This document shows positions 1-8,685 of a DNA stretch of 64,000 bases, piece after piece. The notes under the pieces are model-generated. The model worked only from the letters and a program-made list of their open reading frames with translations. It searched no databases and was not told the DNA's origin. Source of the stretch: an uncultured Nitrospiraceae bacterium. Lineage in GTDB: Bacteria; Nitrospirota; Nitrospiria; Nitrospirales; Nitrospiraceae. Within the stretch, counting starts at the first letter, position 1. The number at the start of each line of letters is the position of its first letter. The stretch spans positions 736,001 to 800,000 of the forward strand of contig CAVSTP010000002.1 of the NCBI GenBank assembly GCA_963730935.1, in the 5' to 3' direction. The position numbers and the translations under genes are program-made.

Positions 1-682
1 CGATCAGAAGAAGCAACGTGACGGCCGTGGCGCCATTGAAGTCGATGCCGGGTAGAAGCGCAACACTGGCCGTCGATCGGGCGGCAGCGGTGAAGATGTC
101 AGGAAATTCCAACGTGCCATACAGTGAGTAAGCCAATGCGATAGCGGCGAGAAAGGCGACGTCACCAACACGCAAGATGGTGAACGTGCGGAAAGCACCT
201 TCAAGGGTCCCGGCATGGCCATGGTTGTGGATCAGAATATAGAGCAGATAACCCAGGATCTGCCAGAAGACGAACAGCATCATGAGATTTCCGCTTGAGA
301 CCATGCAGAGCAGGACGCAGATCGCAACGCCGATCGTGCTGAAATACCGGCGCTCATGAGGCTCCTGATACATGTAATTGAGCGAGTAGGTGTAGATGAT
401 GGTTCCGATGGCGGAAATCAACACCATCATGACGGCGCTAAGACGATCGATATAGAAGCTGATCGGTAGCGGAAGTATGTTCGCATCAGCGGGATCGTAC
501 AATCGGACCGAAATCGGTCCGCTCGTTGCGACCACGTAGAGAGTCCAGATGGCGCCGAAGAAGGCAGCGCCGAGCGGCCAGGCGCCCATTTTCATTCGCT
601 CGCGTCTGCTAGCCTCACGGCCGGCAAGGACGATGAGGACCGTCAAGAGAGGAAGCAGCGGGACAAGCAGAGCGGCGGTCAT
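1..682 (-). CDS. NuoL/ND5-like proton-conducting membrane subunit, probably DabB/MpsA inorganic carbon transporter subunit (5' part; runs off window start)
   Basis: Not in ORF track. Manual translation from ATG 682: MTAALLVPLLPLLTVLIVL...FYIDRLSAVMMVLISAIGTIIYTYSLNYMYQEPHERRYF...SGNLMMLFVFWQ...TFTILRVGDVAFL, typical NuoL-family motifs; divergent from DUF2294 and carbonic anhydrase. Confidence 0.85.
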   Translation of the reverse strand, partial: MTAALLVPLLPLLTVLIVLAGREASRRERMKMGAWPLGAAFFGAIWTLYVVATSGPISVRLYDPADANILPLPISFYIDRLSAVMMVLISAIGTIIYTYSLNYMYQEPHERRYFSTIGVAICVLLCMVSSGNLMMLFVFWQILGYLLYILIHNHGHAGTLEGAFRTFTILRVGDVAFLAAIALAYSLYGTLEFPDIFTAAARSTASVALLPGIDFNGATAVTLLLLI

Positions 683-880
683 CAGCGCCTCATGTCTCCA
701 TGAAACAAAAAAAGCCAATCGATCCATCGACAGAGTCGATGGGACTCGGTTGGCTTGTACTGCGGCAGGCCGTCAGGCGAACAGCCGGCCACCCTACGGC
801 CTAGAGGAGAAATCCGGCGTCCCGTTTGTCCGATACAACCACTGGAAAAACAGCAGCGCCGTCCGATCCTGGACGGCCTC
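683..880 (-). promoter_or_regulatory. Structured ~200-nt 5' leader (candidate cis-regulatory RNA)
   Basis: Hairpins GCCGTCC/GGACGGC and AGGCCGT/ACGGCCT, closing pair TTGTA/TACAA, terminator; TTGACG -35-like hexamer at 911-906. Confidence 0.55.
707..756 (-). terminator. Intrinsic terminator-like hairpin in the 5' leader of the NuoL/DabB-like gene (attenuator)
   Basis: Minus strand AAGCCAA-CCGA-GT-CCCATCGAC-TCT-GTCGATGG-A-TCGA-TTGGCTT running into a T7 tract, about 25 nt before the start codon. Confidence 0.7.
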
Positions 881-1003
881 ATAGATAATATGATGGCGCG
901 AACGACGTCAATATCGGAGTCGGCCTCAGGCCTCAATACCGCTGCCGGATAGCACGAAAGGCCCACAGCAGACCGAATGGTGAGACAAAGGGCTCACGGC
1001 ATC

Positions 1004-1033
1004 TTGTTCGAAACTCTCTTGCAACTCTATAAT
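1004..1033 (+). promoter_or_regulatory. Putative sigma70 promoter for mpsC-can operon
   Basis: TTGTTC (1004-1009), 18 nt spacer, TATAAT (1028-1033). Confidence 0.45.
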
Positions 1034-1052
1034 CCGCGCGAAAGGTCCAACC

Positions 1053-1397
1053 GTGGAAACAGCGATTCGCAACGCCATCATCAAGTTCGAACAGGAATTC
1101 ATGGGCAGGGGACCGGACGATGTCCGGGCCTCTATCGTCCGTGATCTGGTCGTGGTCCGGCTCAAGGGCGTCCTGACACCTGCCGAACGGCAGTTGGCAA
1201 AAACTGCGGAAGGTGTCGACATGGTGAAGCGACTGCGGCAGAATTTGATTGCGCAGGGGCGTGACAAGCTCTGCGAGCAGGTAAGCGAGATTACGCGAGC
1301 CAAGGTCTTGGGCGTCTTCACCGACATCGATGTCCAGCTGGGCGAGCGCGTGTTCGTGTTCACGATGGACCGAGAACTGCAGAACGGCGGACGGTAA
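1053..1397 (+). CDS. DUF2294 / MpsC-family protein
   Basis: EQEFMGRGP...VVVRLKGVLTPAERQL...TDID...GERVFVF signature, 114 aa. Confidence 0.85.
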   Translation: METAIRNAIIKFEQEFMGRGPDDVRASIVRDLVVVRLKGVLTPAERQLAKTAEGVDMVKRLRQNLIAQGRDKLCEQVSEITRAKVLGVFTDIDVQLGERVFVFTMDRELQNGGR

Positions 1398-1403
1398 CCG
1401 GCA

Positions 1404-2051
1404 ATGGAAAAACTCGTCAAAGGATTCCTGAAATTCCGGGGCGAGGTCTTCGGGAAGAAAAAGGACCTCTTCACCCGGCTCTCTCAAAAGCAGGAGCCTC
1501 GCGCGCTGTTCATCACCTGTTCAGATTCCCGTGTGGATCCGACCCTGATGACGCAGGCCGAGCCGGGAGAGCTCTTCATCCTGCGAAATGCCGGCAACAT
1601 GGTGCCGCCCTACGGATCGATGCAGGGCGGGAGCACGGCGACCATCGAATATGCGATGGCTGTCCTCAAGGTTCCTCACATCATCGTCTGCGGCCATACG
1701 GATTGCGGCGTCATGAAGGCGCTCCTGCATCCCGAAGAGGTCCATGACTTGCCCGCCGTTAAAGAATGGGTGGGACAGGCTGAAACCACCAGGCGCCTGA
1801 TGCGGGAACACTACGTCGATCTCGAAGGCAACGACCGCCTGATCAAAACGACCCAGGAAAACGTCAGGGCTCAACTCGATCACCTGCGCACTCACCCCTC
1901 TGTCGCGTTGCAGCTTCGAAAGGGAAAGGTTGATCTCCATGGCTGGGTCTATTCCATTTCGACCGGCGACATCTGGGTCTACGATTTCGGAAGCGAGCAG
2001 TTCACTTCCCTCCTGGAGGAGCCGCCAACGCGGTTGAAAGCGGCCCCCTAG
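1404..2051 (+). CDS. Beta-class carbonic anhydrase
   Basis: CSDSR, RNAGN, HTDCG zinc-ligand motifs, LHGWVY. Confidence 0.95.
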   Translation: MEKLVKGFLKFRGEVFGKKKDLFTRLSQKQEPRALFITCSDSRVDPTLMTQAEPGELFILRNAGNMVPPYGSMQGGSTATIEYAMAVLKVPHIIVCGHTDCGVMKALLHPEEVHDLPAVKEWVGQAETTRRLMREHYVDLEGNDRLIKTTQENVRAQLDHLRTHPSVALQLRKGKVDLHGWVYSISTGDIWVYDFGSEQFTSLLEEPPTRLKAAP

Positions 2052-2070
2052 CCCTGGCATCCTGGTGTCC

Positions 2071-3546
2071 ATGGGCGATCGTCATCTTGAAACCCTCTCG
2101 TTCGACAACACCTATGCCCGGCTCCCGGATGCTTTCCACGCGAAGCTGAACCCCACTCCATTCTCCTCGCCGCCTTATCTGGTCAGTCTCAACGCCGCCG
2201 CTGCCGATCTCATCGACCTCGACCTTGAAGAAGCCAAGAGACCGGAGTTCGCCGCACTCTTCGGCGGCAACATGCTGGCGCCGGGCATGGAGCCGCTTGC
2301 CATGCTCTATTCGGGCCATCAATTCGGCGTCTATGTGCCTCAGTTGGGAGATGGCCGCGCCATTCTTTTGGGCGAAGCCACAAATGCACGGGGCGAACAC
2401 TGGGATCTGCATCTCAAAGGAGCGGGGATGACACCCTTTTCGCGGGACGGCGATGGCCGCGCCGTCTTGCGGTCAACGATACGGGAATATCTGTGCAGTG
2501 AGGCGATGCACGCGCTCGGCATTCCCACCACACGAGCCTTGTGCATCGTCGGCAGCGACGACAAGGTATACCGCGAACAGGTCGAAACCGGTGCGACACT
2601 GCTGCGTATGGCGCCCTCGCATGTGCGATTCGGCACCTTCGAGATCTTTTATTATCGCCGCCAACACGAACATCTCAAGATTCTGGCCGACTATGTCATC
2701 GACAGTCATTACGCTCACCTTCGAGAGGCCACGGAGAAATATGCGGTCTTTTTTGGCGAGGTGGTCGAGCGCACGGCAAAGTTGATTGCGCGCTGGCAGG
2801 CGGTCGGCTGGGCGCACGGCGTCATGAATACCGACAACATGTCGATTCTGGGCCTGACGCTCGACTATGGGCCGTTCGGCTTCATGGACGACTATGATGC
2901 CGGCCTCATCTGCAATCATTCGGATCATAACGGACGTTATGCCTTCAATCAGCAGCCGTATATCGGATTGTGGAATCTCAGCTGTCTCGCCCAGGCGTTG
3001 CTGCCACTCGCAGACAAAGAGGCATTGAAAGCGGCACTCGATTCCTACATGCCGACGCTCGAGCGCGAGTATCGAGCCCTCATGCGGGCCAAGCTCGGCC
3101 TAACACAAGAACGGGGAGATGACGACGAACTGATCCGCGATTTCCTAGGCCTGCTCCAGGGGAGTCATGCCGACTTCACGATTGTGTTCCGCGAGATGGG
3201 CAGGTTCTCGTCACAACCGGGAATGAAGAACGAACATTTACGCGAGCATTTCCTGAACCGCGACCGGTTCGATGAGTGGGCAGGGCGTTACCGCGATCGC
3301 TTGCAGAGCGAGGGGGGCCGGGACGAGGAGCGGCAGGACGCCATGAACCGGGTCAACCCGAAGTATGTGCTCCGAAATTACCTGGCCCAGCACGCGATCG
3401 AAAAGGCGCAGCAAAAAGATTTTGCCGAGGTGGACCGCCTTTTTACGCTTCTGCAACACCCCTATACCGAGCAGCCTGGAATGGACGCCTACGCCGCTCC
3501 TCCGCCCAATTGGGGCAAGCACTTAAGCGTGAGCTGCTCCTCTTAG
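2071..3546 (+). CDS. selO: Protein adenylyltransferase SelO (YdiU)
   Basis: YSGHQFG, LGDGRA, LKGAG.T, HGVMNTDN, NPKYVLRNY, C-terminal SCSS. Confidence 0.95.
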   Translation: MGDRHLETLSFDNTYARLPDAFHAKLNPTPFSSPPYLVSLNAAAADLIDLDLEEAKRPEFAALFGGNMLAPGMEPLAMLYSGHQFGVYVPQLGDGRAILLGEATNARGEHWDLHLKGAGMTPFSRDGDGRAVLRSTIREYLCSEAMHALGIPTTRALCIVGSDDKVYREQVETGATLLRMAPSHVRFGTFEIFYYRRQHEHLKILADYVIDSHYAHLREATEKYAVFFGEVVERTAKLIARWQAVGWAHGVMNTDNMSILGLTLDYGPFGFMDDYDAGLICNHSDHNGRYAFNQQPYIGLWNLSCLAQALLPLADKEALKAALDSYMPTLEREYRALMRAKLGLTQERGDDDELIRDFLGLLQGSHADFTIVFREMGRFSSQPGMKNEHLREHFLNRDRFDEWAGRYRDRLQSEGGRDEERQDAMNRVNPKYVLRNYLAQHAIEKAQQKDFAEVDRLFTLLQHPYTEQPGMDAYAAPPPNWGKHLSVSCSS

Positions 3547-3706
3547 AAGGCCTCTTATTGGAGGTGTCCTCCCCTGAGCGAAACAGTCCCCTGTATTGCA
3601 CTCCTCGCCGGGGTGGTCGAAACAGGAGTAGCTTCCTATTGCAGTCCCCCTAATCCACTGTTGTACAGTGGGTCCCACTTTTTTAGTCGAATAGGAGTAG
3701 CCCCCT

Positions 3707-6700
3707 TTGGCCAAACCGCGCGGTGATTCAAAATTAGCGGTGGCGGGTGCGCTGACGCTTGTGCTGGCCATCGCGGGTATCCTGCTGGTCAAGGAGCCTC
3801 TGCGCAGTTCGCGGCCCGTCGGCAGCGGCCTGGAGATGAAGCAGGCCACAGGCGAGCAATTGGTTCGAGCGCGCCTCTGGGAAGATCCCGTTGCGGCGGT
3901 TGAACGGGCGATACGCGAGAAAGCGCCCACCAAGACCGGAAGCGGATTGTCCTTGGCCCAACGGCTCGCCTCTCTGCGTCATGCAATTGCGCATCGCGTC
4001 CGCAGCGGACAGCGCCTGACTGTGCTGCTCGTCACCACGACCGGAGGGCCTTATGTCGAAAGCACCGAATCGCGCCTCCGTGACCGGTACGCCGTCGGCA
4101 CAGCGCTGGGCGCCGCCTGTTATGTCCCTGAGGATGAAAACCGTCTCTCCTTTCTGTATTGGGAACCGGAAAGTCCCGTTCGAGGGCTTCCCTATGAATG
4201 GTACCGGCTCAGAAAAACCCGCTTGTGCAGCCCGGCAGGTACACGGGCAGACAGTATTCTGGTCGTGTGGCTGCCGGACGAGGCCTTGACCAGCGGCTTT
4301 CTCGGGACATTGACTTCGTTGTCTCAAGGACTCGTCTGCCAGGAGACGGCGAAGCAGGAGTGTCCGCTTACCGCAACCACGCCTCCTCTCGTGCGATTGG
4401 ATCCCGCCTTGCAGCGGGCGGTGTCTTTCAAAATCATCGGGCCCCGGAGTTCGTCCGCCTACCGCGGGCTTCTCGACGAGGCCGGGCGCCTTTATGGATC
4501 TCCGCATCCGGACGTCGGGACCTGGCCCAACGCCGACGGCGCGATCGAACTCTACTCGCCCTGGGCCAGCGCGATGAAGGGACTGCTCGCGTATGGCCTC
4601 AAGGCTGAATCCGGCAAGGGCACAGCCTGCGTGACCTATGAAGACTGCGAACACGAATTTCATCGACGGCTTTCGGATGCGAACATTAGGTTGGTCTATG
4701 ACGTCGGCAGCGACGACCTCCGCTTCCAGTCTCTGATTGCCGAATTGGAACGAAGGCAGGTTCGCCTCGGCTGGGATGCCGTCATCCTGATCGGGGAATG
4801 GGACTCCTTTTATGGGCGGGCGCTTCCCCTCGAGTTCCGGGCGGCAGCCTGTACGAAAATCGCTACTTTTTCTGAAGCGGATCTCAAGACGATTCAGGTG
4901 CCGATCGATATCAAGCAGTGGTGTCAGACGGTGCCGCAGGCGATCGATCTGCAGATTCAACATCCCGCCGATTATGAATCACTCACTCTCAATGTGTTCC
5001 GCTACAGCTATCTTGGCGGCCTGGATGGAGAAATTCCTGGGGACGATGCCGCCCGCGCAGCACGCGCGGCCAAGGCGGCCGACCAAGGCAAGGATGCCAC
5101 GAGAGACCGGCCGGAAGGCACCGGCCAAACGGACTATGTCAAGGCGCTCGTTGCGCGCATTCATGATGAGGGAGAGGGTGCCAGAGCCATCGGCATCATG
5201 GGGACCGATCCCTACGATGCGCTCCTCATCATCAAGGCCCTGCGCCCTGCCTTTCCGCACGCGATCTTTTTTACCCTCGATTTGGATGCGCGCCATTTGC
5301 ATCCCAGCGAATACAAATCCACGCGCAACATGGTGATTGCCGCACCCTTCGGCCTACAGCTTGAGGGAAATTTTCAGCGAGACGTCCCGCCGTTTCGCAG
5401 CAGTTACCAAACATCGGCGTATTTTGCCGTGTTGCAAGCCGTCGGCCACGTTCGCTGCGAGTTGCACGGTCATCAGCAGCAAACGGCGCCCTGTACGACC
5501 GGTTATCACGTCGCGCTGACACCGGACGATCGGCTCTATGACGCTGGCTCCCATCCGCGTCTATTTGAAGTGGGAAGGGACGGCGCCGTTGACTTGAGCG
5601 TGGTCGAGAAGGAGGGCGTGCGAACGATTCATCCGATGCGGCCCGATCTCGATCATACGGAAGAGATGGGCCAACTCAAGCAAGGCATCGGGTTAGACAA
5701 CACCGCCGTTGCGGTCATGTTGCTCGTCGCGCTGTTCATTGGAAGTATCATCGCCTGGAGCAATCAGCGTCTGTGGCTATGGGTTTCGCGGAATATGCGG
5801 CTCTTGTCTACCATTGGGCTTATTGTGTTGGCCGCATTCTCGGCCTTTCTGGCATTAGGCGGGGTTTCTGCTTTGCTTGCAGGTCATGATGAAGGCGAGC
5901 CATTCTCGTTGACTGCTGGAGTGAGTGTCTGGCCGAGCGAATTGATTCGTCTCTTCGTCGTCGTGCTCTGCCTGGTGTTGCTTGCAAACGGGTCGCGCGA
6001 CCTGCTCAAGAACGGCGACCGCATTACGGATGCCTTTCTGTTCCAAGACGAGTCTGGATTTCAGGGCTTTTCACTGAAGAGCTTCTGGACCAACCTCAAG
6101 CGGGTCTATCATCCGGCCGCGACGATGACCGCGACGACGGTCGATCAAGCCTGGTCGTGGTATCGCGAGGCTAGCAAACCGGCACAGTGGATGACGCGAA
6201 CGGTTCTGTTGTTCATGCTGTATATCGGGATGATGTGGCTCTTAGGCTACTATGTCCTGGACGAGGAGTACATTCATCCCTGCCGCGGTCAGCTGAGTTG
6301 CCGAGTGGACTGGATTATGACCGTGGCCAGCACGGCCTTGGTGGTATTTCTCAACCTTGCCGTGTTCGACGCGGTGATGTTATGCCGCCGCTGGATCAGC
6401 TGGGTCACGGCGTCGACAGGCGGCTGGTCTCAACAGGTGCAGGAACAGTATCTCGTCGATTATGGCTTGAGTGAGACTCAGAAGGCCGAATTCGACAAGC
6501 TCAAGCATTTGGCCGTCGTAGACCTGATCGGACAGCGGACTGAAGTAGTAAATCGCCTGATCCGGTATCCATTTATTGCCTTGATCATCCTGATCGCCGG
6601 GCGTAACGATTACTTCGACATCTGGAATTACCCCACTCTTTTACTGCTCTCGTGGGCATTGAACGTGCTGCTGGCGTTGCTGGCCGCATATTTACTGTAT

Positions 6701-6931
6701 CAGGCGGCGAGCCAGGCCAAGGCCGCAATGCTGGATGGCCTCAGCAGGAAGATGGTGCAGGTCTTGGGCAGCGGCAAAGACCACGACCTCCGAATGAAGC
6801 AGGTTCAATTTATTATCGACAGAGTGGAAGCCCATGAACAAGGCGCATTCGTGCCTCTTTACCAGCAGCCGGTCATCGAGTCGTCGCTGTACGGCCTCGT
6901 GGCGCTTCTTCAATACCTGTACGTGCGATAA
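3707..6931 (+). CDS. Large uncharacterised membrane protein: N-terminal anchor, ~640-aa Cys-rich extracytoplasmic region, ~7-8 C-terminal TM helices
   Basis: 1074-aa ORF, TTG start after AGGAG; hydrophobic segments read by eye. Confidence 0.8.
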   Translation: MAKPRGDSKLAVAGALTLVLAIAGILLVKEPLRSSRPVGSGLEMKQATGEQLVRARLWEDPVAAVERAIREKAPTKTGSGLSLAQRLASLRHAIAHRVRSGQRLTVLLVTTTGGPYVESTESRLRDRYAVGTALGAACYVPEDENRLSFLYWEPESPVRGLPYEWYRLRKTRLCSPAGTRADSILVVWLPDEALTSGFLGTLTSLSQGLVCQETAKQECPLTATTPPLVRLDPALQRAVSFKIIGPRSSSAYRGLLDEAGRLYGSPHPDVGTWPNADGAIELYSPWASAMKGLLAYGLKAESGKGTACVTYEDCEHEFHRRLSDANIRLVYDVGSDDLRFQSLIAELERRQVRLGWDAVILIGEWDSFYGRALPLEFRAAACTKIATFSEADLKTIQVPIDIKQWCQTVPQAIDLQIQHPADYESLTLNVFRYSYLGGLDGEIPGDDAARAARAAKAADQGKDATRDRPEGTGQTDYVKALVARIHDEGEGARAIGIMGTDPYDALLIIKALRPAFPHAIFFTLDLDARHLHPSEYKSTRNMVIAAPFGLQLEGNFQRDVPPFRSSYQTSAYFAVLQAVGHVRCELHGHQQQTAPCTTGYHVALTPDDRLYDAGSHPRLFEVGRDGAVDLSVVEKEGVRTIHPMRPDLDHTEEMGQLKQGIGLDNTAVAVMLLVALFIGSIIAWSNQRLWLWVSRNMRLLSTIGLIVLAAFSAFLALGGVSALLAGHDEGEPFSLTAGVSVWPSELIRLFVVVLCLVLLANGSRDLLKNGDRITDAFLFQDESGFQGFSLKSFWTNLKRVYHPAATMTATTVDQAWSWYREASKPAQWMTRTVLLFMLYIGMMWLLGYYVLDEEYIHPCRGQLSCRVDWIMTVASTALVVFLNLAVFDAVMLCRRWISWVTASTGGWSQQVQEQYLVDYGLSETQKAEFDKLKHLAVVDLIGQRTEVVNRLIRYPFIALIILIAGRNDYFDIWNYPTLLLLSWALNVLLALLAAYLLYQAASQAKAAMLDGLSRKMVQVLGSGKDHDLRMKQVQFIIDRVEAHEQGAFVPLYQQPVIESSLYGLVALLQYLYVR

Positions 6932-6939
6932 CATTGTTC

Positions 6940-7659
6940 ATGCGGCAAGACCATATCGGAGGCTTGAAGATCCGATTGACTGGGGGAACGGACGGTCGGG
7001 GCGGCGGTAACGGTCCTGTCGTGATCTTGTTGCACGGTTACGGTGCTCCCGGAGACGATTTGCTCCCGCTCGCGGAGGTGCTGAGCGGTCCGGCAGGGAC
7101 GCGGTGGATCTTCCCTGAAGGGCCCTTGCCGCTCAACATGGGTTTCGGTGATTCCCACGCCTGGTGGCTGATCGATATGGCGCGTCTCGAAGCAGATCGT
7201 GCAGCCGGACGGGTGCGTGACTTGTCTTCTGAGGTGCCGCGTGGACTTCTCCAAGCACGGCAAGCGCTCGAGACATTCCTGACCGACTTGCCCCGCAAGC
7301 TGCCGGTAGATCCTCGAAAAACGATCATCGGCGGATTTTCGCAGGGTGCGATGCTCACGTGCGATCTTGTGATGCGCACGGCTTTCCCGTTTGCGGGGTT
7401 GATTCAGCTCTCCGGGTCGCTTCTTGCCAAGCAGGATTGGCGGCCTTCCGTTGGCAAGCGGGCGGGCCTGCCCGTCTTCCAAAGCCACGGGACGCTGGAT
7501 CCCATTCTTCCGTACGTCATGGCGGAGCGGCTGCGGGATGAGCTCACTTCAGCCGGATTGAAGGTGCAGTGGCACAGTTTTCAGGGGGGCCATGAGATTT
7601 CCGAACCGATCCTGACGCGGCTGAACGGATTCATTACGAAGGTACTGGCTAAGGCATGA
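6940..7659 (+). CDS. Phospholipase/carboxylesterase (alpha/beta hydrolase)
   Basis: LLHGYG, GGFSQGAM, HGTLDP, GGHEI. Confidence 0.9.
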   Translation: MRQDHIGGLKIRLTGGTDGRGGGNGPVVILLHGYGAPGDDLLPLAEVLSGPAGTRWIFPEGPLPLNMGFGDSHAWWLIDMARLEADRAAGRVRDLSSEVPRGLLQARQALETFLTDLPRKLPVDPRKTIIGGFSQGAMLTCDLVMRTAFPFAGLIQLSGSLLAKQDWRPSVGKRAGLPVFQSHGTLDPILPYVMAERLRDELTSAGLKVQWHSFQGGHEISEPILTRLNGFITKVLAKA

Positions 7660-8501
7660 CCCTCCACACGTTTGAATTGTCAGGGGCGGACGGCAAACTG
7701 ATACGAGGCGATCGAGCCGACGGCAGCGGCCGTCAGATTCTTTTCATCACGGGCTTTCTCTCGAAGCGCTGGGGGAATAAGAGCAAGGCGCTGGCCCAAT
7801 GGTGCGCAGAACAGGGATGGGGCTTTTGCTGCTATGATGTTCGTGGATTCGGGGATTCCGAAGGGAAATTTGCGGACTACACGCTCTCGGATTGGATCGC
7901 TGATGCCCGGTCCGTGATCTCGATGTTGCTGGGCACAACAGATCTCACCCCACCCACCCCGGCGCGCCGAGACGCGCCCTTTCCCGAGCTCACCCGCCCA
8001 ACCCCAGCGCGCCAAGGCGCGCCCTTCCCCCGGCTCACCATCGTCGGAAATTCATTGGGCGGGTGGATCGCGTGGCTGATGGCACAAGAACGTGATCAGG
8101 TAGAGCGATTGATCCTCATCGCGCCGGCCTTCAACATCATGGGTATACGCGCGAAGGCCATCTCGCCCGAACGACGGCATGCTTGGCATAGCGCCGGATG
8201 GATGCCGTGGGACGATGATCCACTCCACCGGGATTGGCCGCTGTCCTGGAAATGGGTGGAAGAAAGCGAATCCTACTGGGCCTCGAGCTTCGATCGAATG
8301 AGGCCGTTGAAAACGTCGATTTTGCACGGGTCCGGCGACACAGTGATTTCTCCCGAAGGCAGCCGTGAATTTGTGGATCTCCTGCGCCGTCGGGATCCTT
8401 TCTATCCCGTAGAACTCCATCTCGTTTCGGGAGACCATCGGTTGAGCGGTCTCGAGCACATGGAACACTTGCGCCGGCTCCTTCTTGAGCCTATGGTCTA
8501 A
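7656..8501 (+). CDS. Alpha/beta hydrolase with an in-frame 30-aa repeat insertion
   Basis: YDVRGFGDS, GNSLGG, HGSGD, GDHRL; ATGA overlap with upstream gene. Confidence 0.88.
   Translation: MTLHTFELSGADGKLIRGDRADGSGRQILFITGFLSKRWGNKSKALAQWCAEQGWGFCCYDVRGFGDSEGKFADYTLSDWIADARSVISMLLGTTDLTPPTPARRDAPFPELTRPTPARQGAPFPRLTIVGNSLGGWIAWLMAQERDQVERLILIAPAFNIMGIRAKAISPERRHAWHSAGWMPWDDDPLHRDWPLSWKWVEESESYWASSFDRMRPLKTSILHGSGDTVISPEGSREFVDLLRRRDPFYPVELHLVSGDHRLSGLEHMEHLRRLLLEPMV
7944..8033 (+). repeat. Two tandem 45-bp palindromic REP-like units inside the hydrolase CDS
   Basis: CTCACCCCACCCACCCCGGCGCGCCGAGACGCGCCCTTTCCCGAG and CTCACCCGCCCAACCCCAGCGCGCCAAGGCGCGCCCTTCCCCCGG; related copy at 8706-8749. 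Confidence 0.85.
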
Positions 8502-8685
8502 GGGCCAACATGCTCACGCTGATTCATAAGGAATGTGGTGGGCCGGCGCTTGAGCCAAACACGGCCGTTGGTGAAGTCTGCGCCCTTCCGGTCGACCGCC
8601 TCCCCTTCCCCTGCTTCAGCTGTCTGGAAGAAATCGTGGATGAATCGGAGCTCCGGCTGTCCGAAGAGCTGGGTATGTAGCCAAT

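Noticed and set aside
682..966. 94-aa ORF across the dabB leader as a possible leader peptide
   Set aside because: Begins upstream of the likely promoter, has no clear RBS and runs through the terminator hairpin.
3529..3546. Possible selenocysteine at the SelO C-terminus
   Set aside because: Ends SCSS followed by TAG; no in-frame TGA.
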